Of a DNA stretch of 64,000 nt, positions 32,565 to 42,351 are shown one piece after another. Each line of letters begins with the position of its first letter. Position 1 is the first letter of the stretch. A program made the translations under genes and the position numbers. The notes beneath the pieces are model-generated. The model did no database searches and was not told the origin of the DNA. It saw only the letters and a list, made by a program, of their open reading frames with translations. Source of the stretch: an uncultured Gammaproteobacteria bacterium (GTDB lineage: Bacteria > Patescibacteriota > Microgenomatia > Daviesbacterales > UBA10151); assembly GCA_964649615.1 (NCBI GenBank), contig CAZYPW010000004.1:9153-73152 (forward strand), in the 5' to 3' direction.

Positions 32565-32980
32565 TACCCGCCGACTCCTCTTTTAAACTCCACCTTACCG
32601 GCATAAGCAACTGCCGGATTAACAGGCTGTTTCTTCTTTTCTTCTTTTTTCATCTCTGTTGTCTGTTTTTCCTGCTGCTCGGTTTGTAGTCTTCTCTGCT
32701 CTTTCTGCTTGTTTTCCTTCCTGACTTTTTGTTGTTCTGCTTCTAAATTTTTAAGCCAACCTCTGGTGTAAACAAGTTGTTTTTGTCTGTCTAGTTCTCT
32801 TTTTTGATCCTCTTGTTGCTTTTGTTGAACTTGTTGGGGAGTAGGTTGAGTGCCAACAACAGATTGTACTCCCTGTTCGATTGCCTCACCCACTGAGTCT
32901 TTGGCATCCTTGGTTACTTCTGCTACTGCCCCTTTCATCTCTCCTGCAAATTGTTTAACTCCACCCCCAGAATCAGACAT
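32564..32980 (-). CDS. Q/E/K-rich coiled-coil hypothetical protein
   Basis: ORF coupled to cysS; ATG at 32980 preceded by TATACT-N6. Confidence 0.7.
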   Translation of the reverse strand: MSDSGGGVKQFAGEMKGAVAEVTKDAKDSVGEAIEQGVQSVVGTQPTPQQVQQKQQEDQKRELDRQKQLVYTRGWLKNLEAEQQKVRKENKQKEQRRLQTEQQEKQTTEMKKEEKKKQPVNPAVAYAGKVEFKRGVGG

Positions 32981-32992
32981 GGATATAGTATA

Positions 32993-33089
32993 AAGTAAAA
33001 ACTCAAAAGTCAAAAGTGTTGTTGTTTTCTTTGAAAACTTTTAATTTTTGAATTGTAATTTTGAATTTTGCATTTTGACTTTTGAATTA
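32993..33089. repeat. inverted heptamer-array element with no cargo gene
   Basis: (TCAAAAg)-type arm facing (TTTTGAA/C)-type arm; closely related inverted copy at 44675-44778. Confidence 0.8.
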
Positions 33090-33091
33090 TC

Positions 33092-33688
33092 TTAATATTC
33101 TTTTCTGCCTTCCAATGCCCGAGATAAAGTTGTTTCATCAGCATATTCTATATCTGATCCAACAGGCAATCCCCTGGCAATACGGGTTACTTTAATTCCC
33201 AAGGGAAAAATTAATCTTTGTATATACATTGCTGTGGCTTCACCTTCCATAGTAGGATTAGTGGCTAAAATTAATTCTGTTACTTTTCCATCCTTCAATC
33301 TTGGTAATAGTTCCCTAATATGCAATTCATCCGGTCCGATATTTTCCAAAGGAGAAATAACTCCATGCAGGACATGGTAAAATCCGCTAAATTTAGCTTT
33401 TTCTAAGGCCAAAACGTCCAGCGGATTTTCTACCACCATAATTATAGATTGATCACGAGAAGAATCCTCACAGATATCACAGGGATTTTCTTCTCCAATA
33501 TTAAAACAAGTCGTGCAGATAACTATTTTATCTTTCATCTCTAAGGCTGCTTTTGCTAACATTTGCGATTGTTCAACTGGCGCATGAAGTAAATAAAAGG
33601 TCAATCTTTCTGCGGTCTTGGGACCAATGCCCGGAAGCCGTTCAAAGGCCTCAATTAAATTTTGGATAGGTTTGGGAACTCGAGCCAT
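33092..33688 (-). CDS. recR: recombination protein RecR
   Basis: LPGIGPKTAERL, C4 zinc finger, ATNPTMEGEAT. Confidence 0.98.
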   Translation of the reverse strand: MARVPKPIQNLIEAFERLPGIGPKTAERLTFYLLHAPVEQSQMLAKAALEMKDKIVICTTCFNIGEENPCDICEDSSRDQSIIMVVENPLDVLALEKAKFSGFYHVLHGVISPLENIGPDELHIRELLPRLKDGKVTELILATNPTMEGEATAMYIQRLIFPLGIKVTRIARGLPVGSDIEYADETTLSRALEGRKEY

Positions 33689-33729
33689 GGTTGATAGTAT
33701 ATTGTATAGAGTATAAAGTATAAAGCAAG

Positions 33730-33908
33730 ATGGTTGACAAAATTAGAACATTCACAGATCTAATAGCTTGGAAGGAAGCCCACAAATTGGCAATAATAAT
33801 CTACAATTCAACTGAAAAATTCCCTCTAAGTGAAAGGCAGCAAATCAAACTATCTTAGTGGATAAATTATTGATGGGTTTAATTAAATCTCTGAGAAGTA
33901 AAAATTAA
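33730..33908 (+). pseudogene. four-helix-bundle (23S IVS/Avd-like) protein remnant with central deletion and frameshift
   Basis: MVDKIRTFTDLIAWKEAHKLAIIIYNSTEKFPLSE, then in a shifted frame QTILVDKLLMGLIKSLRSKN*; flanked by inverted (AGTATAA)n arrays. Confidence 0.8.
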
Positions 33909-33943
33909 TATTATATACTACATACCCTATACTTTATACTTTG

Positions 33944-34222
33944 CTAAATTCCTGGGATACCCATACCACCCATCATGGGTTTCATTTCATCAGCTGCTAC
34001 TTTTTGTGATTGTTTAAGTGCTTCATTAACAGCTTCAGTAATTTTTTCAAAGTCTGACTCACCAGATATTGAAACTACTTTTTGGTCTGCTGTCATCACC
34101 ACAATTACACCTCTGTGTTCTACAGTAATTTTAATTCCTGCTAATTTTTTCTGTATTTCCATTGCCTGGTCTCTCATCTTTTTAAGATCCCCTAGTTGTT
34201 TTAAATTATCCATGAAACCCAT
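33944..34222 (-). CDS. ybaB: YbaB/EbfC nucleoid-associated protein
   Basis: Size, motif and position upstream of recR. Confidence 0.85.
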   Translation of the reverse strand: MGFMDNLKQLGDLKKMRDQAMEIQKKLAGIKITVEHRGVIVVMTADQKVVSISGESDFEKITEAVNEALKQSQKVAADEMKPMMGGMGIPGI

Positions 34223-34223
34223 A

Positions 34224-35066
34224 TTATTTTCCTGCTTTCTTCGCTGATTCTACCACATTTTTTAATAGAGACACAATTGTTAAAGGGCCTATCCCCCCAA
34301 CTGTTGGGCAATATAATTTGGCAATTTTAGAAACTTCTTCTTCTTTAATATCCCCATAAATTTGCATCTTTCCATTTATTATTTCCTTTCCAACTCCCAC
34401 TCCCACCACATATGCTCCTTTTTTTAAATTAGATTTATTAACAATATTTTTAACTCCGGTAGCAGAGATAACTACATCTCCTTTTTTAATAATTGAATTT
34501 GGGTTTTTAGTATCTTTAACTACCACCGCAACTTTAAACCCTTTTTTTACTAAAAGTTTAAGAGTTGGCCCGCCTGCTGCTTTACCCTTACCTATCAAGA
34601 CTATTTTTTTATTTTTTAAAAAAGCTGCTGTTTTTTTAAAGCCTTCCAGTAAAGAAAAAGCTGTGAGCATTTCCCATACCCCTAAAGCTGTTGCTCCGGA
34701 AAATGGTGAGCCAGGCAAAAATCCATCCACATCTTTTTGAGGATCTACTTTTGTCACCAATTCATCAAAATTCCAACCTTCGTACACCGGATATTGAATG
34801 ATTACCCCATGAACTTTTTTATCTTTGTTTAGTCTTTCAAGTATTTTCAAAACTTCATTAAATTGATTTTTTGAGAATTCAAAGAGCCTGGCATTAATGC
34901 CAATTCTTTTGGCAGTTTTTATTTTGTTTTGAACATAAATTCTTGATGATGGATCATTTCCTGCCAAAATTATGGCCAGAGCAGGGTGAATATTTTTTCC
35001 TTGAATATCTTTTTCTAATTTTTTAAGAATTGCTTCTGCTACATCCTTCCCAGATACTTTTGCCAT
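34224..35066 (-). CDS. folD: methylenetetrahydrofolate dehydrogenase/cyclohydrolase (divergent)
   Basis: YVQNK, KDVDG, PTVGGIGPLT. Confidence 0.88.
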   Translation of the reverse strand: MAKVSGKDVAEAILKKLEKDIQGKNIHPALAIILAGNDPSSRIYVQNKIKTAKRIGINARLFEFSKNQFNEVLKILERLNKDKKVHGVIIQYPVYEGWNFDELVTKVDPQKDVDGFLPGSPFSGATALGVWEMLTAFSLLEGFKKTAAFLKNKKIVLIGKGKAAGGPTLKLLVKKGFKVAVVVKDTKNPNSIIKKGDVVISATGVKNIVNKSNLKKGAYVVGVGVGKEIINGKMQIYGDIKEEEVSKIAKLYCPTVGGIGPLTIVSLLKNVVESAKKAGK

Positions 35067-35069
35067 AGC

Positions 35070-36359
35070 TCATTGTATACCAAGGACAGGGAATTTTCCA
35101 GCAAAGGTTTCTACTTCTTTTCTTATTTGCTTTAAGTTTTTATTTTGCTTTAATTTTGCTTTAGCTTCTTTTAAGAAATCTTTTCTTTTATCCTGTTCTT
35201 TCGGAAGGTCTAAACCTCTTATTTCCTCAAGTGCTCTTTTAATCCAACCGGCAATTTTAATCATATCTTTTTCTTTCATACCTCTAGTTGTTAAAGCAGG
35301 TGTACCTAACCTTATACCAGATGGGTAAAAAGGAGATGTCGGTTCCCCCGGAATTGTGTTTTTATTAACAGTTATCCCTGCTTCCTCCAAGGCATACTGG
35401 GCCTGATATCCTAAACCATATCCATATTTGGTCAAAGATAAAAGTACTAAATGTGTTTCAGAAACTGTTCCTAATTCTTTTGCCAAAATAGCTGCATTTT
35501 TAGCAATTTGTTTTCCATAAGTTTTAAAGGAAGGTTTTAAAGCTTCTTCCAAAGATACTGCTATTGCTGCTGTCTGGTGATTATGCGGACCACCCTGTGT
35601 TCCGGGAATTATAGCTTTTTCTATTTTAGATTTTATATCAGGATCTTTTTTTAAGCCTCTATCTGTAACCAAAATCATCGCTCCTCTTGGACCACGCAGA
35701 GTTTTATGAGTGGTGGTCATAATAATATCCACATAATCAACTGGTGATTGGTGCACTCCTGCAATAATCAATCCCGTGATATGAGAACAATCTGCCACTA
35801 AAGTCGCACCAGTCATATCAGCGATTTTTCTAAACTTTTTATAATCCAGCTTATATGGGTAAGCTGTTGTTCCAGCCCAAATTAATTTTGGTTTATGCTT
35901 TAAAGCTAGCGTTTCCAATTCTTCAAAGTCTATCTTCCAATCTTTACCCACATTATAGTTAACTGCTTTATAAAAAATAGAAGAAAAACTCAAATTCGCC
36001 CCGTGAGTTAAATGTCCACCAGATGCTATAGAAAGCCCCATCACAACATCCCCGGGATTACAAACAGCCATTGTAATCTCTAAGTTGGCTGGAGAACCAG
36101 AATAAGGTTGGACAAAAGCCAAAGGCACACCAAATAACCTTTTAGCTAAATCTATAGCATAATTTTCTATCTTGTCTATAACTTCATTACCGCCATAATA
36201 TCTTCTACCTGGAAAACCTTCTGAATATTTGTTGGTAAGTATTGAACCAAGAGCCGCTAGTACGTCCTCTGATACATAATTTTCAGATGGGATCATCTCC
36301 AATCCGTACTTTTGTCTATATGCTTCTTCTTTAATTAATTTAAAGACTTTTGATACCAT
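35070..36359 (-). CDS. glyA: serine hydroxymethyltransferase
   Basis: SEN, GGHLTHG, TTTHKTLRGPRG, GIRLGTP. Confidence 0.98.
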   Translation of the reverse strand: MVSKVFKLIKEEAYRQKYGLEMIPSENYVSEDVLAALGSILTNKYSEGFPGRRYYGGNEVIDKIENYAIDLAKRLFGVPLAFVQPYSGSPANLEITMAVCNPGDVVMGLSIASGGHLTHGANLSFSSIFYKAVNYNVGKDWKIDFEELETLALKHKPKLIWAGTTAYPYKLDYKKFRKIADMTGATLVADCSHITGLIIAGVHQSPVDYVDIIMTTTHKTLRGPRGAMILVTDRGLKKDPDIKSKIEKAIIPGTQGGPHNHQTAAIAVSLEEALKPSFKTYGKQIAKNAAILAKELGTVSETHLVLLSLTKYGYGLGYQAQYALEEAGITVNKNTIPGEPTSPFYPSGIRLGTPALTTRGMKEKDMIKIAGWIKRALEEIRGLDLPKEQDKRKDFLKEAKAKLKQNKNLKQIRKEVETFAGKFPVLGIQ

Positions 36360-36405
36360 GAAGGAGTTAATTGTTAACTAGAAGTAGTTAATTGTCAATA
36401 TGTTC

Positions 36406-38037
36406 TTAATTTACAGTATCAGAATTAAATATTTCTGCTGCAGCCCTAATTATTTCATCATCTGCTGCTACCTCTATATTGGCAATATCTTCTTCTCTGG
36501 CAGGATGAGTACCTAAAATAGTGGCCACTTTAATTTGCCTGGCTAAAATATCAGACAGTATGGATTCTAAAATTTCCCTATTTTTGGGGGCTTCCAGAAT
36601 TCTTTGGTGGAAAGAATAGGGAACCTCAATCACTACTGTGGTATCTGTACATTCAGAAATATTAATAGAACGAAGCAGCGCTTCAAGTGAAAAATTATAA
36701 GGCCTAATTGTTTCTAAAACAAAATTCCATTTCTCTTTAAGCTTTAAAATATCAGAAGAGGTAGAAATATTAAATTGGTTGTTGTCAGTTTTCTGTTCTC
36801 TGTTTTCTGTTTCTGGTTTTTCAGTTGTCTGTTTATTTGTTTCAGAAACTGATTCACTGGCAACTGATTGACTTTCACCTGACAACTGAGAACTGAGACC
36901 TGATAACTGACATACCTCCACCATTACCAATTCCAAAGGCAAACTTTGGATTGAGGTAAACTTTAATTTTTCTAAAGAAGTTTGCAAAAGGTCTAAAATT
37001 TTTATTAGATCTGCATTATTAAAATCCTTAGACAAACTTTCTAATTTAGAATAATTTTCTTCTGCATATTGAGGTTTAACTAAACTTTCACCCAAACCAT
37101 TTTTTATAAAAACTATATTTCTTAAAACATCCATTAAACTACTGGTAAAAATTTTTGCATCAATTCCTTTGGCAAAAATTTTATCTAAACTGATTAAAGC
37201 AGCTTTCATATCTTTTTTTGATAAATTATCTAAAAGCAAAAAAAGATCTTCTGTTTGCCCGCTTTTGAAAATTTCTGCTAAAACTTCCACAGTTTTCTTC
37301 CCTTCAACTGATGAAACCTGATCCAAAAATTTAATTCCATCTCTAAAACTGCCTTCTGCTTTTTTAGCTAAAAATTCCAATGCTTCTTTATTAATCTCCA
37401 ATTTTTCTTCTTTCACTACTTTACTTAAAGCCTCAATTAACTGCTCAGTTGTGGCTGGTTTAAAATCCAACCTTTGAACCCTAGAGAGAATTGTTTGGGG
37501 AACTTTTTGCACATCAGTAGTTGCTAAAATAAAAAGGGTGTGTGAGGGTGGCTCTTCCAAAGTTTTAAGCAGGGCATTAAAAGCCTCAGTGGTTAACATA
37601 TGCACCTCATCAATAATATAAACTTTTTTAGAAGCCTGCGTTGGTGCTAGTTTTATTTTTTCCCTAAGGGCTCTAATATCATCAATTCCTCTATTTGAGG
37701 CAGCATCTATTTCTATAAGGTCCAGATTACTGCCATCTGTGATGGACATACAGGTTTGACATTTATTGCATGGAATGTTATTAGTTTGTAGTTTGTAGTT
37801 CGTAGAATTATTGTTTTTACTACCAACTACCAACTCTGAACTCTGAACTAATTCACAATTAACCATTTTGGCTAAAATTCTGGCAGTAGAAGTTTTGCCT
37901 GTCCCCCTGGGGCCTACAAAAAGATAGGCATGGGATAATTTATTTGCCAAAAATGATGAAAATAAAAGTTTTTTAATAGCTTCCTGGCCAACTAGTTGAT
38001 CCAGAGTTTGGGGGCGGTATTTTAAATAAAATGCCAT
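36406..38037 (-). CDS. dnaX: DNA polymerase III gamma/tau
   Basis: KYRP, GPRGTGKTS, EIDAASN, DEVHML, LLKTLEEPP. Confidence 0.97.
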   Translation of the reverse strand: MAFYLKYRPQTLDQLVGQEAIKKLLFSSFLANKLSHAYLFVGPRGTGKTSTARILAKMVNCELVQSSELVVGSKNNNSTNYKLQTNNIPCNKCQTCMSITDGSNLDLIEIDAASNRGIDDIRALREKIKLAPTQASKKVYIIDEVHMLTTEAFNALLKTLEEPPSHTLFILATTDVQKVPQTILSRVQRLDFKPATTEQLIEALSKVVKEEKLEINKEALEFLAKKAEGSFRDGIKFLDQVSSVEGKKTVEVLAEIFKSGQTEDLFLLLDNLSKKDMKAALISLDKIFAKGIDAKIFTSSLMDVLRNIVFIKNGLGESLVKPQYAEENYSKLESLSKDFNNADLIKILDLLQTSLEKLKFTSIQSLPLELVMVEVCQLSGLSSQLSGESQSVASESVSETNKQTTEKPETENREQKTDNNQFNISTSSDILKLKEKWNFVLETIRPYNFSLEALLRSINISECTDTTVVIEVPYSFHQRILEAPKNREILESILSDILARQIKVATILGTHPAREEDIANIEVAADDEIIRAAAEIFNSDTVN

Positions 38038-38044
38038 ATTAAAA

Positions 38045-38458
38045 TTAATTATGGTGAATGCCTAAAAGATGGCTTAAACCATGTTCAACTAAAGTCTTAA
38101 TTTCTTCCTCAACAGAAATCCCATCCATTGAAGCATCCTCAATAGCCTGAGGACAAGAAATGACAATATCCCCTAACCTTAAAATTCTATCAGGGGAAGC
38201 CACAAAACCAATCCTGGGGATATGTTGTAAACTAACAGGATTAGGATCTTCTAGGGCAAAAGATAAAATATCTGTGGTGGAATCTAGTCCCCGGTATTTA
38301 CGGTTTAACTCATGCATCTTTCTATCTCCCACAATATTTATTCCCACCTCAACCTTGCCAGAAATTCTATGTTTTTGTAAAATCTCCAAAACTGTTAGCT
38401 TGATAGCGTTTTTATTGATGTTATATCTTGGATCAGAATTTACTATTATATTTATCAT
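38045..38458 (-). CDS. ybeY: rRNA maturation RNase YbeY
   Basis: LNRKYR..TDILSF, LGDIVIS, HGLSHLLG. Confidence 0.93.
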   Translation of the reverse strand: MINIIVNSDPRYNINKNAIKLTVLEILQKHRISGKVEVGINIVGDRKMHELNRKYRGLDSTTDILSFALEDPNPVSLQHIPRIGFVASPDRILRLGDIVISCPQAIEDASMDGISVEEEIKTLVEHGLSHLLGIHHN

Positions 38459-38895
38459 TGTAATAATTTCTCTTTCACTATAGCGCTAACAGTAGCACCA
38501 TCTGCTCTGCCTGCTGCCTTACCCATCACTACACTCATTACTTTACCCATATCAGCAATGCTTTTGGCTCCTAATTCATTTATAGAGCTTTCTACTATTT
38601 TAGTCAATTCCTCAAATGATAATGCTTGGGGCAAATACTCTTCTAATATTTTAGCCTCAGATTCTTCTTTACTGGCTAATTCTTCTCTGCCCCCTGCTCT
38701 AAAAGACTCTCTTGCCTCTTTTCTTTTTTTAACCTCTTTTTGAATGATGGAAATTATTTCCTGATCAACCAAAGGAGTACTTTTAGCTATTTCCCCATTT
38801 TTAATTTCAGACAAAAGCAGCCTTAAGGTGGAAACTTTTACTTCATCTCGAGCTAATTGTGCCTCTTTTAGGTCAGTTTGTAGTTTAGAAAGCAT
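38455..38895 (-). CDS. yqeY: GatB/YqeY domain protein
   Basis: YLPQ, DMGKVM, GRADG. Confidence 0.92.
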   Translation of the reverse strand: MLSKLQTDLKEAQLARDEVKVSTLRLLLSEIKNGEIAKSTPLVDQEIISIIQKEVKKRKEARESFRAGGREELASKEESEAKILEEYLPQALSFEELTKIVESSINELGAKSIADMGKVMSVVMGKAAGRADGATVSAIVKEKLLQ

Positions 38896-38897
38896 AT

Positions 38898-39095
38898 TTA
38901 CCCATTTAATCTTTTGGCCCTCATTATTTTTCTGCGCTTTTCAGCCAAATATTCTTGCCTTAGCTCTGATCTTTTCTTATGGTATGAGCGGTCCCTGATC
39001 TCTTGCACCCAGCCTTCTGCTACCACCCTTCTTTGAAATTTTTTAATCACTGAATCTGTTGAATCACCAGGCCCAGCTTTTACTATAATACTCAA
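38898..39095 (-). CDS. rpsU: 30S ribosomal protein bS21
   Basis: 65-aa basic protein, DSVIKKFQR; AAGGAGGTG SD and TTG start; precedes yqeY. Confidence 0.85.
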   Translation of the reverse strand: MSIIVKAGPGDSTDSVIKKFQRRVVAEGWVQEIRDRSYHKKRSELRQEYLAEKRRKIMRAKRLNG

Positions 39096-39116
39096 AAAAA
39101 CACCTCCTTTTAATTT

Positions 39117-39449
39117 TTAAACTTGTTTTTTCCATTGTCCACCTAACAAATGAAAATGTAAATGGGGTACATGCTGTGCTTTACCGCCATTTACTACTAC
39201 CCTGTAAAGATTTTCTTTCAAATTATACTCTGAAACTAATTTTTTTGCCACTTGAAAAATCTCTACCAAAAGTTGACCATGATCTTTTTCTAAATTACTA
39301 AATGCAGGAATATGCATTTTGGGAACTATCACCAAGTGTATATCTGCTGCTGGGTTAATGTCTGGAAAAACTATTAAACTTTCTGATTCAAAGCTAAATT
39401 CCTTTGGTATTTCTTTATTGATAATTTTACAAAAAATACAATCACTCAT
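39117..39449 (-). CDS. HIT family nucleotide hydrolase
   Basis: CIFCKI, HLHFHLLGG. Confidence 0.95.
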   Translation of the reverse strand: MSDCIFCKIINKEIPKEFSFESESLIVFPDINPAADIHLVIVPKMHIPAFSNLEKDHGQLLVEIFQVAKKLVSEYNLKENLYRVVVNGGKAQHVPHLHFHLLGGQWKKQV

Positions 39450-40561
39450 TATCCTCCCACAAGCTTTTTCAAAAGATCCAACGTCCTAGTTTGCCTTAAG
39501 GCATGGCGCAGGTGCAATTTTGGTTCCTGGGCTTCAAATTGCTTTTTCACTCTGGCATCTTGGATTTTATCTATCTCTGCTTGTAACTGCTCATCTGTGA
39601 TGGTGACATTCTCTTGCCTGGCTATATCTGCTAACCCTAGCTCCATCCTGACATTTTTCTCAGCCTGCGGCCTCCATTCAGTCTTGATTTGGTCCAGAGT
39701 TTTATTCTGGCCTTTTAGATAATCTTCCAGTAAAAGCCCCATATCAGCTACCCTTCTTTGGAGTGAAACTAACATTCTGTTTAATTCATCCTGGATTAAT
39801 ACTTCTGGTAAATCTACTGTAGTAATCTTTTCTACTTCCTGCAGTATTGACTCCTCATAATCAAGCTCATTATTATAGTTAACATTATCTTCTAGATCCT
39901 TTCTTACTTTGGTTTTTAAATCTACTAAATTAGTTCCTCCCATAGCCTTAGCAAAATCATCATTAGGTTGATCTGATGGTGCGCTAGCAGGAACTGCTGA
40001 TTGAGTTTGCTGTCCACCTTGAAAATTTATAGAACCTGCCTGATTTATATTCTGTGTTGCTGAGGGCTGAGGGCTGAGGGCTGTTGGCTGACCAACTGGC
40101 TGCCTTACTTTCCATCTTTTATATAAATCATCAATTACTTTGTTTATTTCTTCATCAGTAACAGGCTTTATGGCAGGCCTTACAGCTTTGATTATTTTGT
40201 AATTTCCCACTTTCACAGCTGGCCTGTTTGTCACTGTTGCTTTAAATTGCAGTTGAGTACCCTTCACAAAAGATAACAGGTCATATTTTGGATAATCTAT
40301 TGGGACAATTTCACTCCCCTTTAGAGCTTCTATTAAAAAGTTGGGCATAGCAACCTTTAAAACTTCATCCTGGAGCCTTTGGCCCAATTGCTGTTCCACC
40401 ATATTAAGTGGTGCCTGGCCTTTTCTAAAACCGGATATTTCTATATCTTGAGCCATTCTCTGCAGAGTCTGATCCCAGGTTGGGGCTAAATCACTCCAAG
40501 GTACAGTAATGCTAACTTCTATTATAGATTTAGGTAAGTTGGTAATATTTTTTGTAATCAT
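39449..40561 (-). CDS. tig: trigger factor lacking the PPIase domain
   Basis: GFRKGQAP ribosome-binding motif; C-domain; central Q/P-rich linker. Confidence 0.9.
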   Translation of the reverse strand: MITKNITNLPKSIIEVSITVPWSDLAPTWDQTLQRMAQDIEISGFRKGQAPLNMVEQQLGQRLQDEVLKVAMPNFLIEALKGSEIVPIDYPKYDLLSFVKGTQLQFKATVTNRPAVKVGNYKIIKAVRPAIKPVTDEEINKVIDDLYKRWKVRQPVGQPTALSPQPSATQNINQAGSINFQGGQQTQSAVPASAPSDQPNDDFAKAMGGTNLVDLKTKVRKDLEDNVNYNNELDYEESILQEVEKITTVDLPEVLIQDELNRMLVSLQRRVADMGLLLEDYLKGQNKTLDQIKTEWRPQAEKNVRMELGLADIARQENVTITDEQLQAEIDKIQDARVKKQFEAQEPKLHLRHALRQTRTLDLLKKLVGG

Positions 40562-40597
40562 TTATGAAAGGTATTGTATTAGAAATGATCTTTAAAA

Positions 40598-42313
40598 TCA
40601 ATTAGAAGCTATTTGTTTAATTAATTCATTAAGAGTAATAAAAGAAGTTTCCTTTTCTGATCTTTTTTTAACCTCTAATTTTTCACCTGCTTGCCCTGAG
40701 CTTGTCGAATGGGTTTTTTTAGAAATAACCACCCTATATGGAATACCTATTAAATCACAATCTGCAAACTTTTCCCCAGCAGAAACTCCTACTCTATCAT
40801 CAAAAAGTACCTCCACTCCCTCTACCTGAAGTAATCCATATACTTTTTCAGCTTCTTTTCTTACCTTTTCATCCTCCATGTCTAACCCCACAAGATGTAC
40901 CATGTACGGTGCCACACTCTCCGGCCAGATAATCCCTTTCTCATCATGAAAAACTTCCACAATTGCTGCCAAAGTTCTTCCCAAACCAATCCCATAACAA
41001 CCCATGTAATATGGCTTCTCTTTTCCTTGTTGATCCACAAAATTAGCTCCCTTCATTTTAGATGAATAGTGAAATCCTAATTGAAAAATGTTTCCAACCT
41101 CAATTCCTTTTTTTGTAACTAAGGGTAAATGGTTTTTGGAAGTACATCCTTCTTTGGCCAAAGCAATATCTGCCTCAACATCAACTTTATAATCTCTACC
41201 AAGATTAACATTAAGCAAATCTCTGTGTTTTTTATTTGCTCCAGTATAAGCATTTTTAATGCTTCTCAAAGATAAATCTCCAATTACCTTAACCTTTTTG
41301 TTAAGTCCAACAGGAGATATAAAACCAGGTTCTGAACCCAATTTTCTAATTTCTTCCTCTGTAGCATGACGCAATCTATAAGCTTTTGCAGCATGAGCGA
41401 GTTTTACTTCATTTACATCTAAATCCCCACGGATTACAGCCAATATAAAATTGCCATTTTCATCAACCATCATCAAATCTTTCATCTGTTGCCACAAAGG
41501 CAACTTATGTAGCTTTACCCCGTCTTCCATAGTATTACCCCTTACTGCCTCTATTTCCTCTATTTTTTTCTCAGCTTCATTCAGATTTTTATTTTCAAAT
41601 TCAAATACTGCTACATCTTCATGGGCACTATAACCTACCTCATCCATAAGAAATTTACTTTCACCTATTTCGCTTTCTACCACAAATTCATGACAATATT
41701 CTCCGCCAATGTATCCATTATCTGATTCAACCAACAAAGTATTTAATCCTACTCTTTTAAAAATCTCTTCATATGTTTTTTCCATCTTATCGTATTCCTT
41801 CCTAAAGTCCTCCTCAGTTGCATGGAAAGAATAGGCATCTTTCATGACAAACTCTCTTAGGCGCAATAGCCCACCACGGGCCCGCATTTCATCTCTGAAT
41901 TTGACTGAAAATTGATATAAATTAAAAGGTAAATCTTTATAAGAAAGATTGAATTTCCTCACCAGATCTACCAACATCTCCTCTGCAGTTCCACCTAAGA
42001 CAAACTCCATCTCCTGCCTATCTTTAATACTCATCAGCTCAAATCCTACGGAGCTTGTTCTATTAGTTTCTTCCCATAAATACTTTGGGTGAAGCACCGG
42101 GGCAATTAACTCTTGAGCACCAGCTTTATCCATCTCTTCCTTAATAATTGTTTGAATTTTTTGATGAACCCTCCAACCTAAAGGTAAAAAATAATATCTT
42201 CCAGCTACAGATTCTCTGATAAAACCTGCTCTATAAAGCAATTTATGCGAATCCAATATTGCATCTTTAGGAGTATCTTTAATTGTTTTTCCAAATAATC
42301 TTGAGTATTTCAT
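40598..42313 (-). CDS. proS: proline-tRNA ligase with editing domain
   Basis: FRDEMRARGGLLRLREF, EVGNIFQLG, MGCYGIG; ATG at 42313 after TATATT-N6. Confidence 0.97.
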   Translation of the reverse strand: MKYSRLFGKTIKDTPKDAILDSHKLLYRAGFIRESVAGRYYFLPLGWRVHQKIQTIIKEEMDKAGAQELIAPVLHPKYLWEETNRTSSVGFELMSIKDRQEMEFVLGGTAEEMLVDLVRKFNLSYKDLPFNLYQFSVKFRDEMRARGGLLRLREFVMKDAYSFHATEEDFRKEYDKMEKTYEEIFKRVGLNTLLVESDNGYIGGEYCHEFVVESEIGESKFLMDEVGYSAHEDVAVFEFENKNLNEAEKKIEEIEAVRGNTMEDGVKLHKLPLWQQMKDLMMVDENGNFILAVIRGDLDVNEVKLAHAAKAYRLRHATEEEIRKLGSEPGFISPVGLNKKVKVIGDLSLRSIKNAYTGANKKHRDLLNVNLGRDYKVDVEADIALAKEGCTSKNHLPLVTKKGIEVGNIFQLGFHYSSKMKGANFVDQQGKEKPYYMGCYGIGLGRTLAAIVEVFHDEKGIIWPESVAPYMVHLVGLDMEDEKVRKEAEKVYGLLQVEGVEVLFDDRVGVSAGEKFADCDLIGIPYRVVISKKTHSTSSGQAGEKLEVKKRSEKETSFITLNELIKQIASN

Positions 42314-42351
42314 ACTTATAATATAGCATGACTGAGTGAGCATGTACACGC

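Noticed and set aside
33730-33908. Diversity-generating retroelement (Avd-like gene)
   Set aside because: No reverse transcriptase and no TR/VR pair seen in the window
32993-33945. CRISPR array
   Set aside because: Repeats are degenerate 7-mers without unique spacers; no cas genes
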